Below are positions 13,001 to 26,499 of a DNA stretch of 64,000 nt, piece after piece. Numbering within the stretch: position 1 is the first letter of the stretch; each line of letters starts with the position of its first letter. The stretch lies in assembly GCA_017499595.2 (NCBI GenBank), contig CM039000.1:186001-250000 (forward strand). Reading direction: 5' to 3'. The notes under the pieces were generated by a model. It did no database searches. It worked only from the letters and a program-made list of their open reading frames with translations, and was not told the origin of the DNA. The translations under genes and the position numbers were made by a program. This DNA is from Psilocybe cubensis (taxonomy: Eukaryota).

Positions 13001-14272
13001 GAAAACTTCTTTTACTAATATTTTAGTCTATGTTGGCTGCACATTCGAATGCACCTGAGTATAACAATAAAATCTGTCGCTCCGGAGGGCCTGGTGTAAT
13101 TGAAATTGTCCAAGATCTAGAAGGTGCCAAAATTGACACCAGGTAAGTTATTGCGGCTGAATCCGAGTCCCGTGCTCAAAAATAATCGATAGAGAGTTTT
13201 ATATCTTTTCCAGTGCGCAACATGTGTTCCAATTCCACCAATTTCGGAACTCTCACCAAGTAAGGGACTATCTTAAAGACGTTTTCTTTTTACATCGCCA
13301 ACATTTCGTGTTTGGGTACTGGAGGTACTGCAAGGTAATCGTCGCAACGTTGTGTCAATGTCATGAAACAAATCGTCACAGACCTTGTAATCATAATGTA
13401 CACTGTGCATATGTGGTCATGGTTAGTGCTAATTATTGAATCTGTCAGAAACTATTTTCAGTCTACAAAAGATTATCATTTGTCATTTGATATGTTTATG
13501 TACTCTATAGGCGTGTATGAAAGAAGTTTTAAGATTGTTTTTCTTGGGGTGTGCATTTATTATTCTACAATTAAACCACGTACATTCTTACCAAATACGA
13601 TCTCAATCATTTGTCTATTATACACGCCTCGGTGGTAATTTATAAAAATAACGATTGACCCAATAATGGAAGACCGGATATGACAAACAAGTTCAACGGT
13701 AGTTTATTTTTACTCTACATCGCCTCCAAATTTTACTTCAACTGCGGTTTTAACACTGCTCTTCACCAGAGCATGTACCACCCCACAATATACACATCCC
13801 TCAGCTGACGCCGTTCGCGCTGTCAGCCACGCACTCATGTCCACTGTCAGTATCACCCATACCTCATCGTTTCCGTTCCTCCCGCGCCATCGTGACATGA
13901 CCTGTTCAACAAACACACAAATCAGTTACACACCTGACGTAAATCTAGTGCTATGAGATTTTGAGAACCAGACTCCTCATTAATCAGGACTAGAGTTCCA
14001 GGTTTGTTATAGTAATGGGCATCGGTAGTGACCATAAACTAATCGTGCTCTCCCAAGCATCAAATGATCATTCCAAATCATTAATCGCTTTTCTCATATT
14101 AGCCGAAAAGCAGTCATGATCAGATTTTGTACGATTGAGATTCACTCTGGCTCCGATCTGGGGCGTCAGTATATTTGCAGCATGTGGTAGCAATATTTAT
14201 GAGCTGGACAACACCAAAGTATTTTATAAAACTGTCCACCCCATTGAAACATTACTGGAACGGAATATCAAC

Positions 14273-16046
14273 ATGGTACTCCCCCTACTCCTCTCTGACC
14301 CGAGTACTGGTCTACGATATGGCGATCTTGGAAGGACTGTTCTTCACTTTCTTCATGTCGTTCATTCCATGGAGCGCGCCACGTCCATCTTCTTAGAAGC
14401 AGTATCATATGAGAGCAGACTTGACGAAAGTGACACGCCTCCAACGTCCTCTCTCTCCTCATTCGATGCGCATGTTGGAGACTGCGCCTGCCAAACGCGC
14501 GCCCAAATGTTCTGGGATCTTTTCAGCTTTTATAAGAAAGAAGAAAACAGGAGTGTCCTTGCCAATGCCGTCGCGGTCCTCAAATCTGTCAAAGCCAACA
14601 CTGCTAAACTTCTCGAAGAAATAGAGTTGAACCGCGCAAAGCCACGCTGCCCCAGCCTAATGACTCTTGTCACCCACCAGGCTGTCTGGGAGCGTATTGG
14701 ATTTCTTTCTTTTCTGGACCTCTCCCACAAGGACACGGAAGAGCGTGGAAAGCCGTTTCAAGATGACCCAGAGTCTCAATGCATGTTCTCGTTTCACTTT
14801 TCGTATATATATCTCTCACAAATATGCCTTGCAGGGTCGAAAAAGGTTTCTCAATCTGGTCACCGGCATAGGGATATTGTAGTTGATACCGAGTGGATGC
14901 CCAGCGACATAGTCTTTGTTTCTCGGTTGCTTACAATGTGCAACATGTTGTCAGAATTTCGATTTGCAAGCATTGAAGCAGGACCGCCTGCTCGAGTCAA
15001 GGTCCGCGTAGACCTCCCGCTTATGTACGAGAGGAACGCAAAAGAGCTTGAATATCTTAACCTTTCGAATAAGCGCCGAATCGACTATCATATCCAGGCA
15101 CACTCGAAAACGAATCGCCAGACGGAGGCCATGCAAATATATGTATCCAGAGTGACGGTAGACTGGGTGAAGAAAGCCGCCATGAAACGGAATGGCTCAT
15201 GGACATGGTATGGGATTTTTAGATTCTTAACTCATCTGTACAAGTGTGTTAACGCACTACGTAGCTTCCCGGATAGTTTCTTTGCGACAAGTAATCGAAA
15301 GATTGAATGTGTCGCTGCATATGCATCCTTCTTAATAGTTCGGGAGGCGTGGTTAAAGTCGAGGATACCCATCTTGATGATGATTCAACACTTTTGCTCT
15401 CACGGAGGTAGGCCCCAAACTTGTGATCATGGTGTCTTGCTCTGTATTCATTTTTTTTCTAGGCTATCGAAACTTGTACTGTCGTATTCTGCCCAACCCA
15501 GCAGATAACATGACTACAGCCGATTATGTGGCTCTAGGCCAAGCTCAATGGTTCGATATAGAAGTGCTCACTGTCGACCAAATTGCATCTGCACCATGGA
15601 ACAGAAACCCGCATACCATTATTGTCGGCATGTCGTGCCAGGGTACTATTGAAGACTTCAGATTGCGCCTTTTGGAAAGTCAACAGGGGCTTTTACCTGT
15701 TCAGCATCGCTGTAGACAAGCCGACGAGTGTGCCTTAGCCATTGAGTGCATAAATATCTCGCATTTAGTTGCCCACTTCTTTTCTCAGCACGAGCAATTC
15801 CCATTTACACTTCCTGGAGGCGAGGATGAAATTGAACGGGTTGGCTGCGCGTTGGAGCATTCTCTGGGAGCACATGCAAAGTCTGCCTTTTTCATGGGCC
15901 GTGCTGGCGCTGAGAAGTTTGGCACTGGAAGATCGACACGACTGGCCACAATTGAACACATCTTCCTAGAATATCCGAGTGTCTTTGCCAATGATATGAA
16001 AAGGATCGGAGAAAAGCCACAGGTTCTTGGATGCCAACTGGAGTAA
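14273..16046 (+). CDS. Hypothetical cytosolic protein (~535 aa), unknown family, with DAHVGDCACQTRA and TIEHIFLE motifs
   Basis: TATAAA at ~14225 and ATG at 14273. Probable introns 14781-14834 (GC-AG, in frame), 15208-15264 and 15408-15462, the last joining ORF 14135-15508 to ORF 15423-16046. Confidence 0.75.
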
Positions 16047-17764
16047 ACTTTTTAGCACGAACGTCTGTACACATCAGCTGTAATGTATCTCTTGCGGCAG
16101 GTTTTGTGTTTTTAATAATGGATATATAGCAGTAATGAATATCAGTGACTGTGTGTGCCAGAGGTGTCAGCCCCTACAGTAGCCATTATCATGTCGTCTT
16201 GTCTCAGCCCGCCGATCAGTGTGAAGTATAATACTTGCTGGATGTAACCAGAGAGGCAGATTTTCATTGAATATGCCATTCACATTAATAGTTTACTTTT
16301 TTTACCGTTGTTTTCTGGAAAGCTCTTACTATGAATGTCAGAAGTTGTTTCAAGAACCGCAGGTATGTTCTCCACAGGACCTACAGTCGCCTACGTTCAG
16401 TAAATTCCGGACCACACCGATGATTGTCTATCCAGTATGGAAACACCATGCAAGATTTGTGATTGCTCGCTTTTCTGAGCAATACGCTTGTTGATGAATA
16501 TTCAACAGTTCGGACTGGACTGGATTCTGGTTTCTCATTTTTTGCAATTTGCACCGCACCCTATACATCCTAGGTGGCGAAAAACCGACGTAGATTGTTG
16601 TTGGTTGCTTAGGATGCGGAAAGGGTATTGCCTGGTCGAAGGGGTGCTGGTAAGGACTCTTTCTCGCTTTTTTGCAATATCATTTCCCCCAAACCGTCCA
16701 ATTCGACATGGACCATACTTCTGACGTATCATCGAGTGCCCAACAATACTTGTGCTTTCATCTCCAGGGTTGAATGATTTTACAATAGCTATAAACAATT
16801 AAGATATCTCCAATCTTGTCTTCATACCTGCGTTCCTATAAGTATGCTCACAGCTATCGTCGCGCTTAATAGTAAAACTGTTGATTAAGCCTTGGCTGTT
16901 AAAGTTTCTCTAGCTGATATGTAGTAACTACTGTCAAGTACGGCAAGCAGCTGATCTTCTGAATACGGTATCGCAATTACACAGGTCTCTGGAAAAGCAA
17001 GTTGTCGGTTCTCGTAGAATAGGTTGTGTTTCGTGTGTTACATCCATGACAATAAAAGTTATAGAAAAAGGGTGCACAACCATCGGCACCTGTTGTGACA
17101 AATCCAGTCGGCAATAGATAAAAATAACATGATCTATAAATAGCTTCATTACATGTGTGATCCACGGACAGTCATGGACGTGTTCCAAATTATATATTGA
17201 CAATGCAGCACAATGCAGTGTGGTGATGGGCATTGCTCACGGAATGCAACGGCTATTTTGCTGGACGGTGTGTGCGTAAATACTTATACTTATACTTACC
17301 CTTACTGATCGCATTGTCTCTCAGAGTCAGTGTGGCGCAAGAGAGGTGTCGGAAGGTAGCCATCTTGCCGTGTCTTCTCACGAGTCATTGATTCCTCAAC
17401 CTAAAACACTCCGTTTAGATCTCAACCTATCCTATCGGTAGGCATCCTGGATGAGCGCAGACACTGACTCGACCTGTCAAAGAATCTATTGAGTCATTAT
17501 GAACTTGCTACTTCTGGGGCGGGATTTGAGCCAATGACGACCAAGAACGAATGTATATCGTCATTCGTATTACATACGGGGAGATACTCGGGCCGCTTAC
17601 GATTGACATTGATATCCTGATTCCACGACATTGACGGCTTCGTAAATGCCGTGCACATGCTCAATCCCAATAAAATAAGGTCCGTTGGTTGATGTCAGGT
17701 CCCTCAGTTCGCCACATCCCAGATACAGCCGCACCTTTTGTGACAGGGATTCCAGTCCTTCAAA

Positions 17765-20700
17765 ATGGCTCAATCGAACTCGAGCGTTGAGGACGAGAAG
17801 ACTCCCTCGCGTTCCCAACAAAACAAACGAAGGAGCTTCTTTCATCGCAATGAAGACCAGCCCAATGGCAAAGATGTAGAGAAGGAGGAGAAAGATGAAG
17901 CAACTCAAAGTCAACAGCCAGATATCCCGGCCACATTGCCAATATCGTTTACCCAGCTTTTTAGGTGTGCATCATCGTGTGTTGACTCGTCACTAATACT
18001 TAACATGCTTCTTTCTCTTAAGATATTCTACGTCATTCGAGATTTTTATTGATTGCATTGGAATTGTGGCCGCCGTAGCAGCAGGGGCAGCACAAGTATG
18101 AGTTAACTCGGCTCTCGCTATCAACGATTCATCTAACTTACCTCAATAGCCATTGATGACATTACTATTCGGACGCTTAACTCAGGATTTCGTCGCATTT
18201 ACCACCCTGATAAACGAAGCCCAAAATGGAGTCCCAGGCGCCGCCGACAGCGTACCCATAGCTGCTGAGAACTTTCGTAAATCAGCGGCAAAAAACGCGA
18301 GTTATCTGGTTTATATTGGTGCGTCTCACTACGTGTTTTCCTGGCTATGTCCTCCTGAAGAACGTACTTCGTTGGTAGGAATCGGAATGTTTGTCTGCAC
18401 CTATACGTTCATGAACATTTGGGTTTATACCGGAGAAGTTAACGCGAAAAGAATACGAGAACGCTATTTGAAAGCAATACTACGGCAAGATATTGCCTTC
18501 TTTGACAATGTAGGGCCGGGAGAGGTTGCAACCCGTATTCAGACGGACACTCGTGCGTTGTCACCTAGCATATAGTTTAACGTATCAGCTGACGGAAAAT
18601 GCAAGACCTGGTCCAGCAAGGCATATCGGAAAAGGTGGCATTAGTAGCCAATTTTAGCGGTGCTTTCTTTACTGGTTTCATTCTGGCCTACGCAAGATCC
18701 TGGCGCCTAGCGTTGGCTTTGACATCCATGCTTCCAGTCATTGCTCTCGCGGGGGCATTCATGAACAAATTTGTTGTTAAATATAAACAGTTTGTATCGA
18801 ATATATTTTCCCACTGGTCGCATCGCTGATTTTCTTGCCGAATAGACTATCTTTGAAACATGTCGCTGAGGGCGGAAGTCTTGCGGAAGAAGTCATCTCA
18901 ACTGTCCGAACTGCTCAGGCCTTCGGATCACAAAGTATACTCACAGGTCTTTATAATGGTCGTATCGGTGAATCGCTGAAGGCGGAGTTGAAGGCTAGCA
19001 TTGCCCACGGTATTGGGTTAGGCGTATTCTTTTTTGTTATATACGCAGGCTACGGTCTTGGTATATCCGCTTCTTCTTATTTTGTGATTTAGTATTGACA
19101 CCGAATGCGGTACAGCTTTTAGTTTTGGCACCACGTTGATCAACTCAAACCATGGTTCGTTGTCTTGCACTTCCGATGTTATCAGCGGTAACTAATTTTT
19201 TTTGCTGGGAAGCTAATGCTGGCCAAGTTATAAATGTATTTCTGGCAATCCTGATTGGTTCTTTCTCCCTTGCTTTGCTTGCACCTGAGATGCAAGGTAA
19301 GATGTCCGCATTCTAGTAGGATTCTTGCTAATATATGTGCGTAGCTATCAATAATGGTCGTAGCGCTGCAGCCAAGCTTTATGAAACCATTGACCGCGTC
19401 CCCGATATCGATTCCGCCGATCCTGGGGGTTTAAAACCAGAGAAGGTAGACGGTGAAATTGTCCTTGAAGATATACGGTTCTGCTATCCGTCGAGGCCCA
19501 CTGTCGAAGTTGTCAAAGGTCTCTCCATCACGTTCCAGGCCGGCAAAACCTCAGCATTAGTAGGAGCCTCTGGTTCTGGAAAATCAACAATTATATCACT
19601 GGTAGAACGCTTCTACGATCCTTCTCATGGCTCAGTTAAACTTGATGGAAATGACGTCAAAGCCCTCAACATTAAATGGCTTCGGTCACAGATAGGGCTT
19701 GTCTCTCAAGAACCTGTCCTCTTTGGGACTACAGTCAAGCAGAACGTGGCTCATGGTCTCATTGGCACGAAGTACGAAAATGCTCCTGATGAGGAAAAGG
19801 ATGTATTAATCAAAGAGGCGTGTATCAAAGCCAATGCTGATGGATTCATATCGCAGCTCCCTCTGGGGTATGATACTCTCGTTGGTGAGCGTGGCCTTCT
19901 CTTGTCCGGTGGCCAAAAACAACGTGTTGCGATCGCCCGTGCAATTGTATCTGACCCCCGAGTGCTATTATTGGACGAAGCCACGAGTGCTCTGGACACG
20001 CAATCAGAGGGAGTTGTGCAGGATGCTTTGGATAAGGCAGCTGCGGGTGAGCAGTACCTGTTTAAGTAAGCTCTTCAAGTTTCATTGAACTTTGAATCAG
20101 GTCGTACCACCATCACTATTGCGCATCGTTTGTCGACCGTGAAAGATGCTGATGTCATCTATGTAATGGGTGAAGGCCGTGTATTAGAGGCGGGAACTCA
20201 CGAGGAGCTCTATCGTCAAGGCGGCGCTTATACCCGACTTGTTGAGGCCCAAAAACTCCGTGAAGCCGCCAACCCCGTTGACAAAGAAGAAGGCGATGAT
20301 GTCCAAAAGACTGCTGAGAAGACTGTTTCTTTGGAGCGAAAATACACCAACCATTCATTAGCCAGCGACATTCTAGAACAGAGGAAACGCAACGCAAGTC
20401 ACGAAGAAGAGGACGATTACAGCTTATTCTATCTATTCAAGCGCATGGCTCCAATTGCCCGATCTCAATGGCGCAACTATACTGTCGGGGCAGTCTTTGC
20501 ATGCAGTACGTAAACCATCAATATTTGGTATTGACCTTCGCTCAAGTAATATTTAGTGACTGGAATGGTCTACCCATCTTTCGGGGTCGTTTTTGCGAAG
20601 GGCATCAACACCTTTTCGCTAACTGACAAACACGAGCGGCGTCATCAAGGGGATCGAACCGCACTTTGGTAAAAAAAGCATGATTCCGTTTTGTTACTCT

Positions 20701-22873
20701 TCTGACCTACCATCCTGTTAGGCTTTTCCTCATTTCCATCATTTCTTCAATTACAATCAGCTTCCAAAATCGTTTGTTTTCAGCAGCTGCCGCCAATCTG
20801 AGTGCAAGGCTCCGCAGCCTAAGCTTCAAGGCAATGCTACGTCAAGACAGTAAGCAATATAACTTGATATTTTGTACATTTTCTGACCTTCGTGGAAGTC
20901 GCATTCTTTGACAAGGACGAAAATAGTGTAAGATTTACCTATTTTTTTTGCCAATCGCTACTAATGGATATTACGTAAAGACTGGCAGCCTCACGTCACA
21001 GCTGAGTGACAATCCCCAAAAGGTCGACGGTCTGGCTGGTATAACGCTTGGTGCACTCGTTCAAGCATGCGCTACCCTTATAGCGGGGTCAGTGTTAGGC
21101 CTTGCTTTCATCTGGAGGATTGGTCTTGTGGGAATAGGTCAGTTTCAACGGACAGTCTAAGTTATGCTTATGCTAACATTCTGACCCGATAGCATGTACC
21201 CCTGCACTGGTTACCGTTGGATATATTCGTTTGGTGAATTGTTTGTTCATCTTCAATTAAACACGCGCTCATCTTTCCTTGTAGCGCGTCGTTGTTCTCA
21301 AGGATCAGAAAAATAAGAAGGCCCATGATGCGTCTGCTCAGCTTGCCTGCGAAGCCGCTGGGGCAATTAGGACAGTTGCTTCCTTGACTAGGGAAGATGA
21401 CTGCCTACGGATATACAGCCAAAGCTTGGAAGAGCCTCTGCGAAAGTCGAACAGAAGTGCAATTTGGAGTAATTTGCTCTATGCCTTTACCCAGGCTCTG
21501 AGTTTCTTCGTCATCGCGTTGATCTTCTGGTACGGATCTTTGCTTGTTTCTCGCCAACAAGCCAGTCTCTTCCACTTCTTCGTAGGCCTCATGGTACGCT
21601 CTTTATATTGTAATTGCCTTCAGTAGCTGAGATTTCATCAGAGCACGGTTTTCAGTGCCATCCAAGCTGGGAACGTGTTTTCATTCGTTCCTGATATGTC
21701 ATCAGCCAGGGGTGCAGGATCTGATATTATCAAATTGCTCGACATGGTTCCAGATATCGATGCCGACTCAAGTTCCGGAGCAGTTGTTGACGATAAAGCA
21801 ATTCAAGGCCATATTCGATTTGAAGATGTACATTTTAGATACCCAACTCGTCCGGGTGTCCGTGTGCTACGAGGTTTATCGTTGGAGGTCCAACCTGGAA
21901 CTTATATTGCTTTAGTTGGTGCTAGTGGGTCAGGGAAAAGTACCACGTAAGTTTCTCATTGTCTATTCTCTGTGGTATAGCACCGTACCTTAAGAATATG
22001 CAAGTATTCAACTCATAGAACGATTTTATGATCCTCTCGCTGGTGAAATATACGCAAGTCTATTTCAACATTGAAAACCCGACTCAGACTGACTTAAAAT
22101 AACAGCTTGACGGGCAGAAGATCTCCGATCTAAACATTCAGGATTACCGAAAGCATATGGCATTGGTTTCTCAGGAACCCACACTCTACTCTGGTACCGT
22201 GAGGTTCAATATTCTGCTAGGTGCAATCAAGCCCCATGACGAGGTCACTCAAGAAGAGATCGAGAACGCGTGTCGAAATGCGAATATCCTGGAGTTCATC
22301 CAAAGTCTTCCTCAGTACGCCAATATTATATCATATTGAATTCTTCTGACCTTTGTCAAACAGGGGCTTCGATACTGAAGTTGGTGGAAAGGGATCGCAG
22401 CTGTCAGGAGGTCAAAAGCGTGAGTAATGTACCATTAGTACTCCGTTCGCAGATTTTAACTCTCATATAGAACGTATTGCCATCGCAAGGGCACTCCTCC
22501 GAAACCCCAAAGTTCTTCTGCTCGATGAAGTATGACTTCACGATAGACCATATTGTATCTCGACTAAATTATCATACACAGGCTACATCCGCTCTCGACT
22601 CAGCATCGGAGAAGGTCGTTCAAGCAGCGTTAGACCAGGCAGCCAAGGGACGTACTACTATCGCCATTGCCCACCGTTTATCCACCATTCAAAATGCCGA
22701 TCGAATGTGAGTCTCTTGGTGTTTCATGTCTACGCATGACCTCATTCCTTTTGATTTATAGCTACTTCATTAAGGATGGGCGTGTTAGCGAACAGGGTAC
22801 TCATGATGAGTTATTGGCGCAACGAGGCGATTACTATGAGTTTGTACTGCTCCAGGGCTTGAGTAAACGTTAA
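17765..22873 (+). CDS. Full-length ABCB (MDR/P-glycoprotein-type, TMD-NBD-TMD-NBD) ABC transporter
   Basis: Two Walker A motifs (GASGSGKST), signatures [14 protein letters not shown] and [14 protein letters not shown] (the latter spliced), Walker [12 protein letters not shown], and H-loop IAHRLST. TMD motifs LRQDIAFFD and [10 protein letters not shown]. About 20 short introns, including a GC-AG intron at 22054-22106. Confidence 0.96.
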
Positions 22874-23317
22874 AAGTTCAAGCATACAAGGACGGAGCCA
22901 TGTATACACATCGCAGGCATGTTTATCCAATGTTGGCATTTTTACGACTACCCCGCAAATTATGTTACTCTTTAGATTAATTAGATTAGATACAAGTGTT
23001 TTCATGAATATAGTACCGTAGAAAGGGGCCATTCCAGTAATTGTTCTCTGTGCCATAACTTGATATACCCACTTTCAGGCGTTTGGAGAGGCTGAGTAAA
23101 TTGCTTTCCAAAAAATTCAAAACTAATTATCAAACCCTATATGCTTTCTGACCCCTCTTTCGTCGATCACGCAAGTCCTAGTCACTACTCTTCAATCAAT
23201 ATGATGCACATATCATAAATAATTATCGCAAAAATGTGTTACTAGAGGTATACCGATTTATAACTACTAGGGCTGTAAGGATACATGATTGGGTAACTAG
23301 GGCACATGACAGTTGAA

Positions 23318-24309
23318 TTAGACTTGCTGGGGAGAGGGAAGCTCATCACGCTTTGGCACAAGCCCGGGAGTAGCATATAAAACTACCGCAAGGATCTCCG
23401 GAAGTGCTAACAGGGGATACCAGAGATGTTCATTATCTTGCTTTGTAGAACTCGATATGGTGGCGAGGGAGAATCCTTCGCGGACAAGGAGAAGTGCTGA
23501 GATACCCAATAGTATTATCAGTCCGTGTTTCTTTCCAAGGCTTTTTTGCCCTTCAAGATATTGGTTCTTGCCTATCAAAATCGGTGAGAAGCAGAGCCGA
23601 TGATATTTTAAAGAGTAATTCACCTCCAGACTCCATCCTCACCAACAATATTGTTTGGAATGCTTGAAGAACTGTGAGAACGAAAAAGATGATGACGCTA
23701 ACTTTGTGCAGCGTGGCGGCTGCATTTCCCTGCCCATTGTTATGAGTTGCTGCGGAAACGCCGAGGACTACTGCCACAATCATGGTCAACCTGAATATAC
23801 GCCGATTCTTAATCAAAGTTAACAGTGGGGTTTTGGGAGGCGGAGATCCGCATAAGAGCTCCCTATTAAACACGCACGTCAACCTTTCAGCATACTTGTA
23901 AGAATATTGCGAAGATATCGGCTTACAGGTCAAGGACAAGAGTGTATGCAGAATATAAGAGACCAAAATAACCTACGCCGAATAGAACCTCGTCGGCAAT
24001 TACGAGTCCTAAATTCCCTCCCGCTGTACTTGAGCCCGCAAGAACAGCGCGGATAGCAAATCCGGCTATTCGTACTTGAAAATGAGTGCTCACATGTCAG
24101 CGCACCTGGCGAAGTTACAGTGAACGCATTAGACACTTACTGGTGCAGAAGAATACAAGTACAAAATGCACATATGTGGGCCGGAAGTAGGACTGGCGTA
24201 TGAACCATCCCAGCAGAGGAATGTAGAGGGCAGCGAATACAACAGCCGCTGCCACGGAATGGAACCCAAGGACTTCGGCGTAGTTTATTTTCTCTGGATT
24301 GGAGGACAT
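23318..24309 (-). CDS. Multi-pass fungal membrane protein (RTA1-like/DUF7702-like architecture)
   Basis: Spliced ORFs 24115-24309, 23553-23966 and 23318-23623 give several hydrophobic helices, e.g. AAAVVFAALYIPLLGWF, VSVIIFFVLTVLQ and NEHLWYPLLALPEILAVVLY. Family label from recalled motifs only. Confidence 0.7.
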
Positions 24310-25162
24310 TTCTCAGCAAAGGGTTGGGATGTGATAGGAGAGGGGATGAATATTTGAGGGAATTATAAGTACGGATAACAGTATGCTCGTTCTTATACGG
24401 CTGCATCGACAGGGCAGCATGTGCCTGCGTCGATCATCGACGTTCTACCGTTTTGGGCGGCACATAAAAATAGAACCTGTGTAATTCAAGTTGTTATTTG
24501 ATTTCATCCTTCCATAGAACAGCTGTTCAGTTGGCATACATCTCCAAGTAAATATAATGACATACCGCGCTCTGAAGCAAATATAGCCGCATGTTACAAT
24601 TATAGCACAATTTTTAAGTTATGGAATGTCCATCGCTGTGCTGGATCGCAGTTGAAATAACCGGTGCTCTTTAGTAGAAAGGTATAAAAATGTCACCAGA
24701 TGCCTATCCTCGGTATCAATAATCCACCGGGAATATGGCTATATCAATGCACGTTGATTGAAGCAGTGCCTGTATGATTGCAGACGGTGAAATTCAATCC
24801 CTAACTCAAGAGTCGTATTCAGTTTGAATTTGAAAAGGAACGATCAAAATGATTTATGTCCTAAGGCTCCCGTGTATCCATTCGTATCCGGTATAGAGTG
24901 CGAGTAGTAGATATGCGAACCAGGTATCTTATGCTGCGCTCACCGCAGTCAGAAGGTCTGTTTAGCGTGCAAAATGGACGTGATTGATTTCCATCACAAT
25001 TCCCCTTGCGTATCCGTTCAACTTTATTCTACATCGGCCAGTTCACCTCCGGTTTTTCTCATCTTAATTACTTCAGTATCGAGTATACTCGAGCTGGAAG
25101 CCGAGGACCAGATGTTAATTATAGCAAGTCAAAGGATCTAGCTGTTTGGTCTTCCTATAAAG

Positions 25163-26111
25163 CTAATTCTTTATTCCTGAGTTGAGCCATTTCCCGAGAC
25201 CCATCCCTTTGTAAATTTTATCAAGACCCTGAATATTGGTTACTTACATGAGCGACATGAATTTGTCCAAAATCACTCACAGTAGCAGTTACGACTCCTT
25301 TCAAAAAACTGTCGAGACCAAAGCCCTTGAGAAGATTCCCGAGAAGGTTGAGAACGCCAGCCAGAAGAAGGCCAACACCTCCAACAATTTGTGTCAAAGG
25401 GTCTAGGAATCATGTCATAAACCCAGGACCTGTAAATGGAGGTATGTACTTACGAGTCAGAGCATCCAGCAATGGTCCAAGGTCCCGTTTTGCCTTTGGG
25501 AAATTGTTAAGTTTCTCTTTTGCCCATTGCACTGTTCCTTGGACCTCTTCGACCAACTAAAATCGTCATTGAATCAAAGTTCAGATAACGTAGAAAACTA
25601 GTGACGTACTACTTTCAGAGCCTCTGCGAGTCGCTCTTGCTCAGGACTAGCTTGTTCAGTCTTAAGATCATGCTGTGCCTGCTTTGCTAGACGGCCGTCA
25701 GGATCTGAACCTTTGATCGCGCCGTTTGTTTCGTTCAAGGCTTTCTCCGTCTCTTCAAGCAAAGGTCTAACCTCCTTCACCAGGGCTTGCTCATCCCTGT
25801 CATCTTCCTCCTCCGCTTCAAAGCTTTCGATGTTCTTAATAGCGGAATCAATTGGATATCAAGATGAACAACCAATCAACACTTACCTTGCGAATCATCT
25901 GGCAGAGTGGCGATACGTGAGCATTGGCATCTTCGATGATAGAAGAAAGACGCAAAGCAAGCTCTTTATCGGTCTGGGAAAGCTTGTCGGACTTCTCGTC
26001 ATGATTGACACCTTCGTCAATTTTCGGCTGGGGAGTAAAGTCATGCTGCCCTGAGAGTATTTCGGCCATGTTCAAGGGGGTAGTATGATCTTGGGAAGTC
26101 GAGTTGCCCAT
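25163..26111 (-). CDS. Helical fungal protein resembling the C-terminal domain of LEA-like/DUF3659 proteins (DUF6987-like)
   Basis: Spliced exons give LSSIIEDANAHVSPLCQMIRK...VRPLLEETEKALNETNGAIKGSDPDG...ERLAEALK...FPKAKRDLGPLLDAL...IVGGVGLLLAGVLNLLG...GLDKIYKGMGLGKWL, with short GT-AG introns. Confidence 0.75.
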
Positions 26112-26427
26112 TAAATGTTGCCATTAGATGAAACATGACATCACGATTGTGGTGCGTAATATCTACGCCACAGTCTTGTCCTGTGGCTTTCCAGAGACAG
26201 TTGTCTCATCGTAGAACTTGATTTTGGGTCATTTTGCAGTTTACAAGGTCGGTCTACATCGACAAAAATGATGCCAGCGGTACTAGATATTTTTTTCAAC
26301 TAATTGCAAAGTAAGTCAAGTTTCATAATTTGAAGACAAAACAATCATTGAACCTCACACAACTGCGCAACTTAGAGGTTTTTTGGTGTAGACTATTTCA
26401 AAGAGAAATAAAATGACATCGAAAAAG

Positions 26428-26499
26428 TTCCGATACGGGGAATCGAACCCCGAGCTACCGCGTGAAAGGCGGTAATGTTAGCCGTTACACCATATCGGA
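26428..26499 (-). tRNA. tRNA-Glu (anticodon TTC), intronless
   Basis: Minus strand reads TCCGATATGGTGTAACGGCTAACATTACCGCCTTTCACGCGGTAGCTCGGGGTTCGATTCCCCGTATCGGAA. It has an acceptor stem, anticodon loop CTTTCAC, T-loop GTTCGATT and an oligo-T Pol III terminator just downstream. Confidence 0.97.

Noticed and set aside
12600-13500. Isolated intron-like signals (13143-13213) and short exon fragments
   Set aside because: No continuous reading frame or recognisable motif could be assembled.
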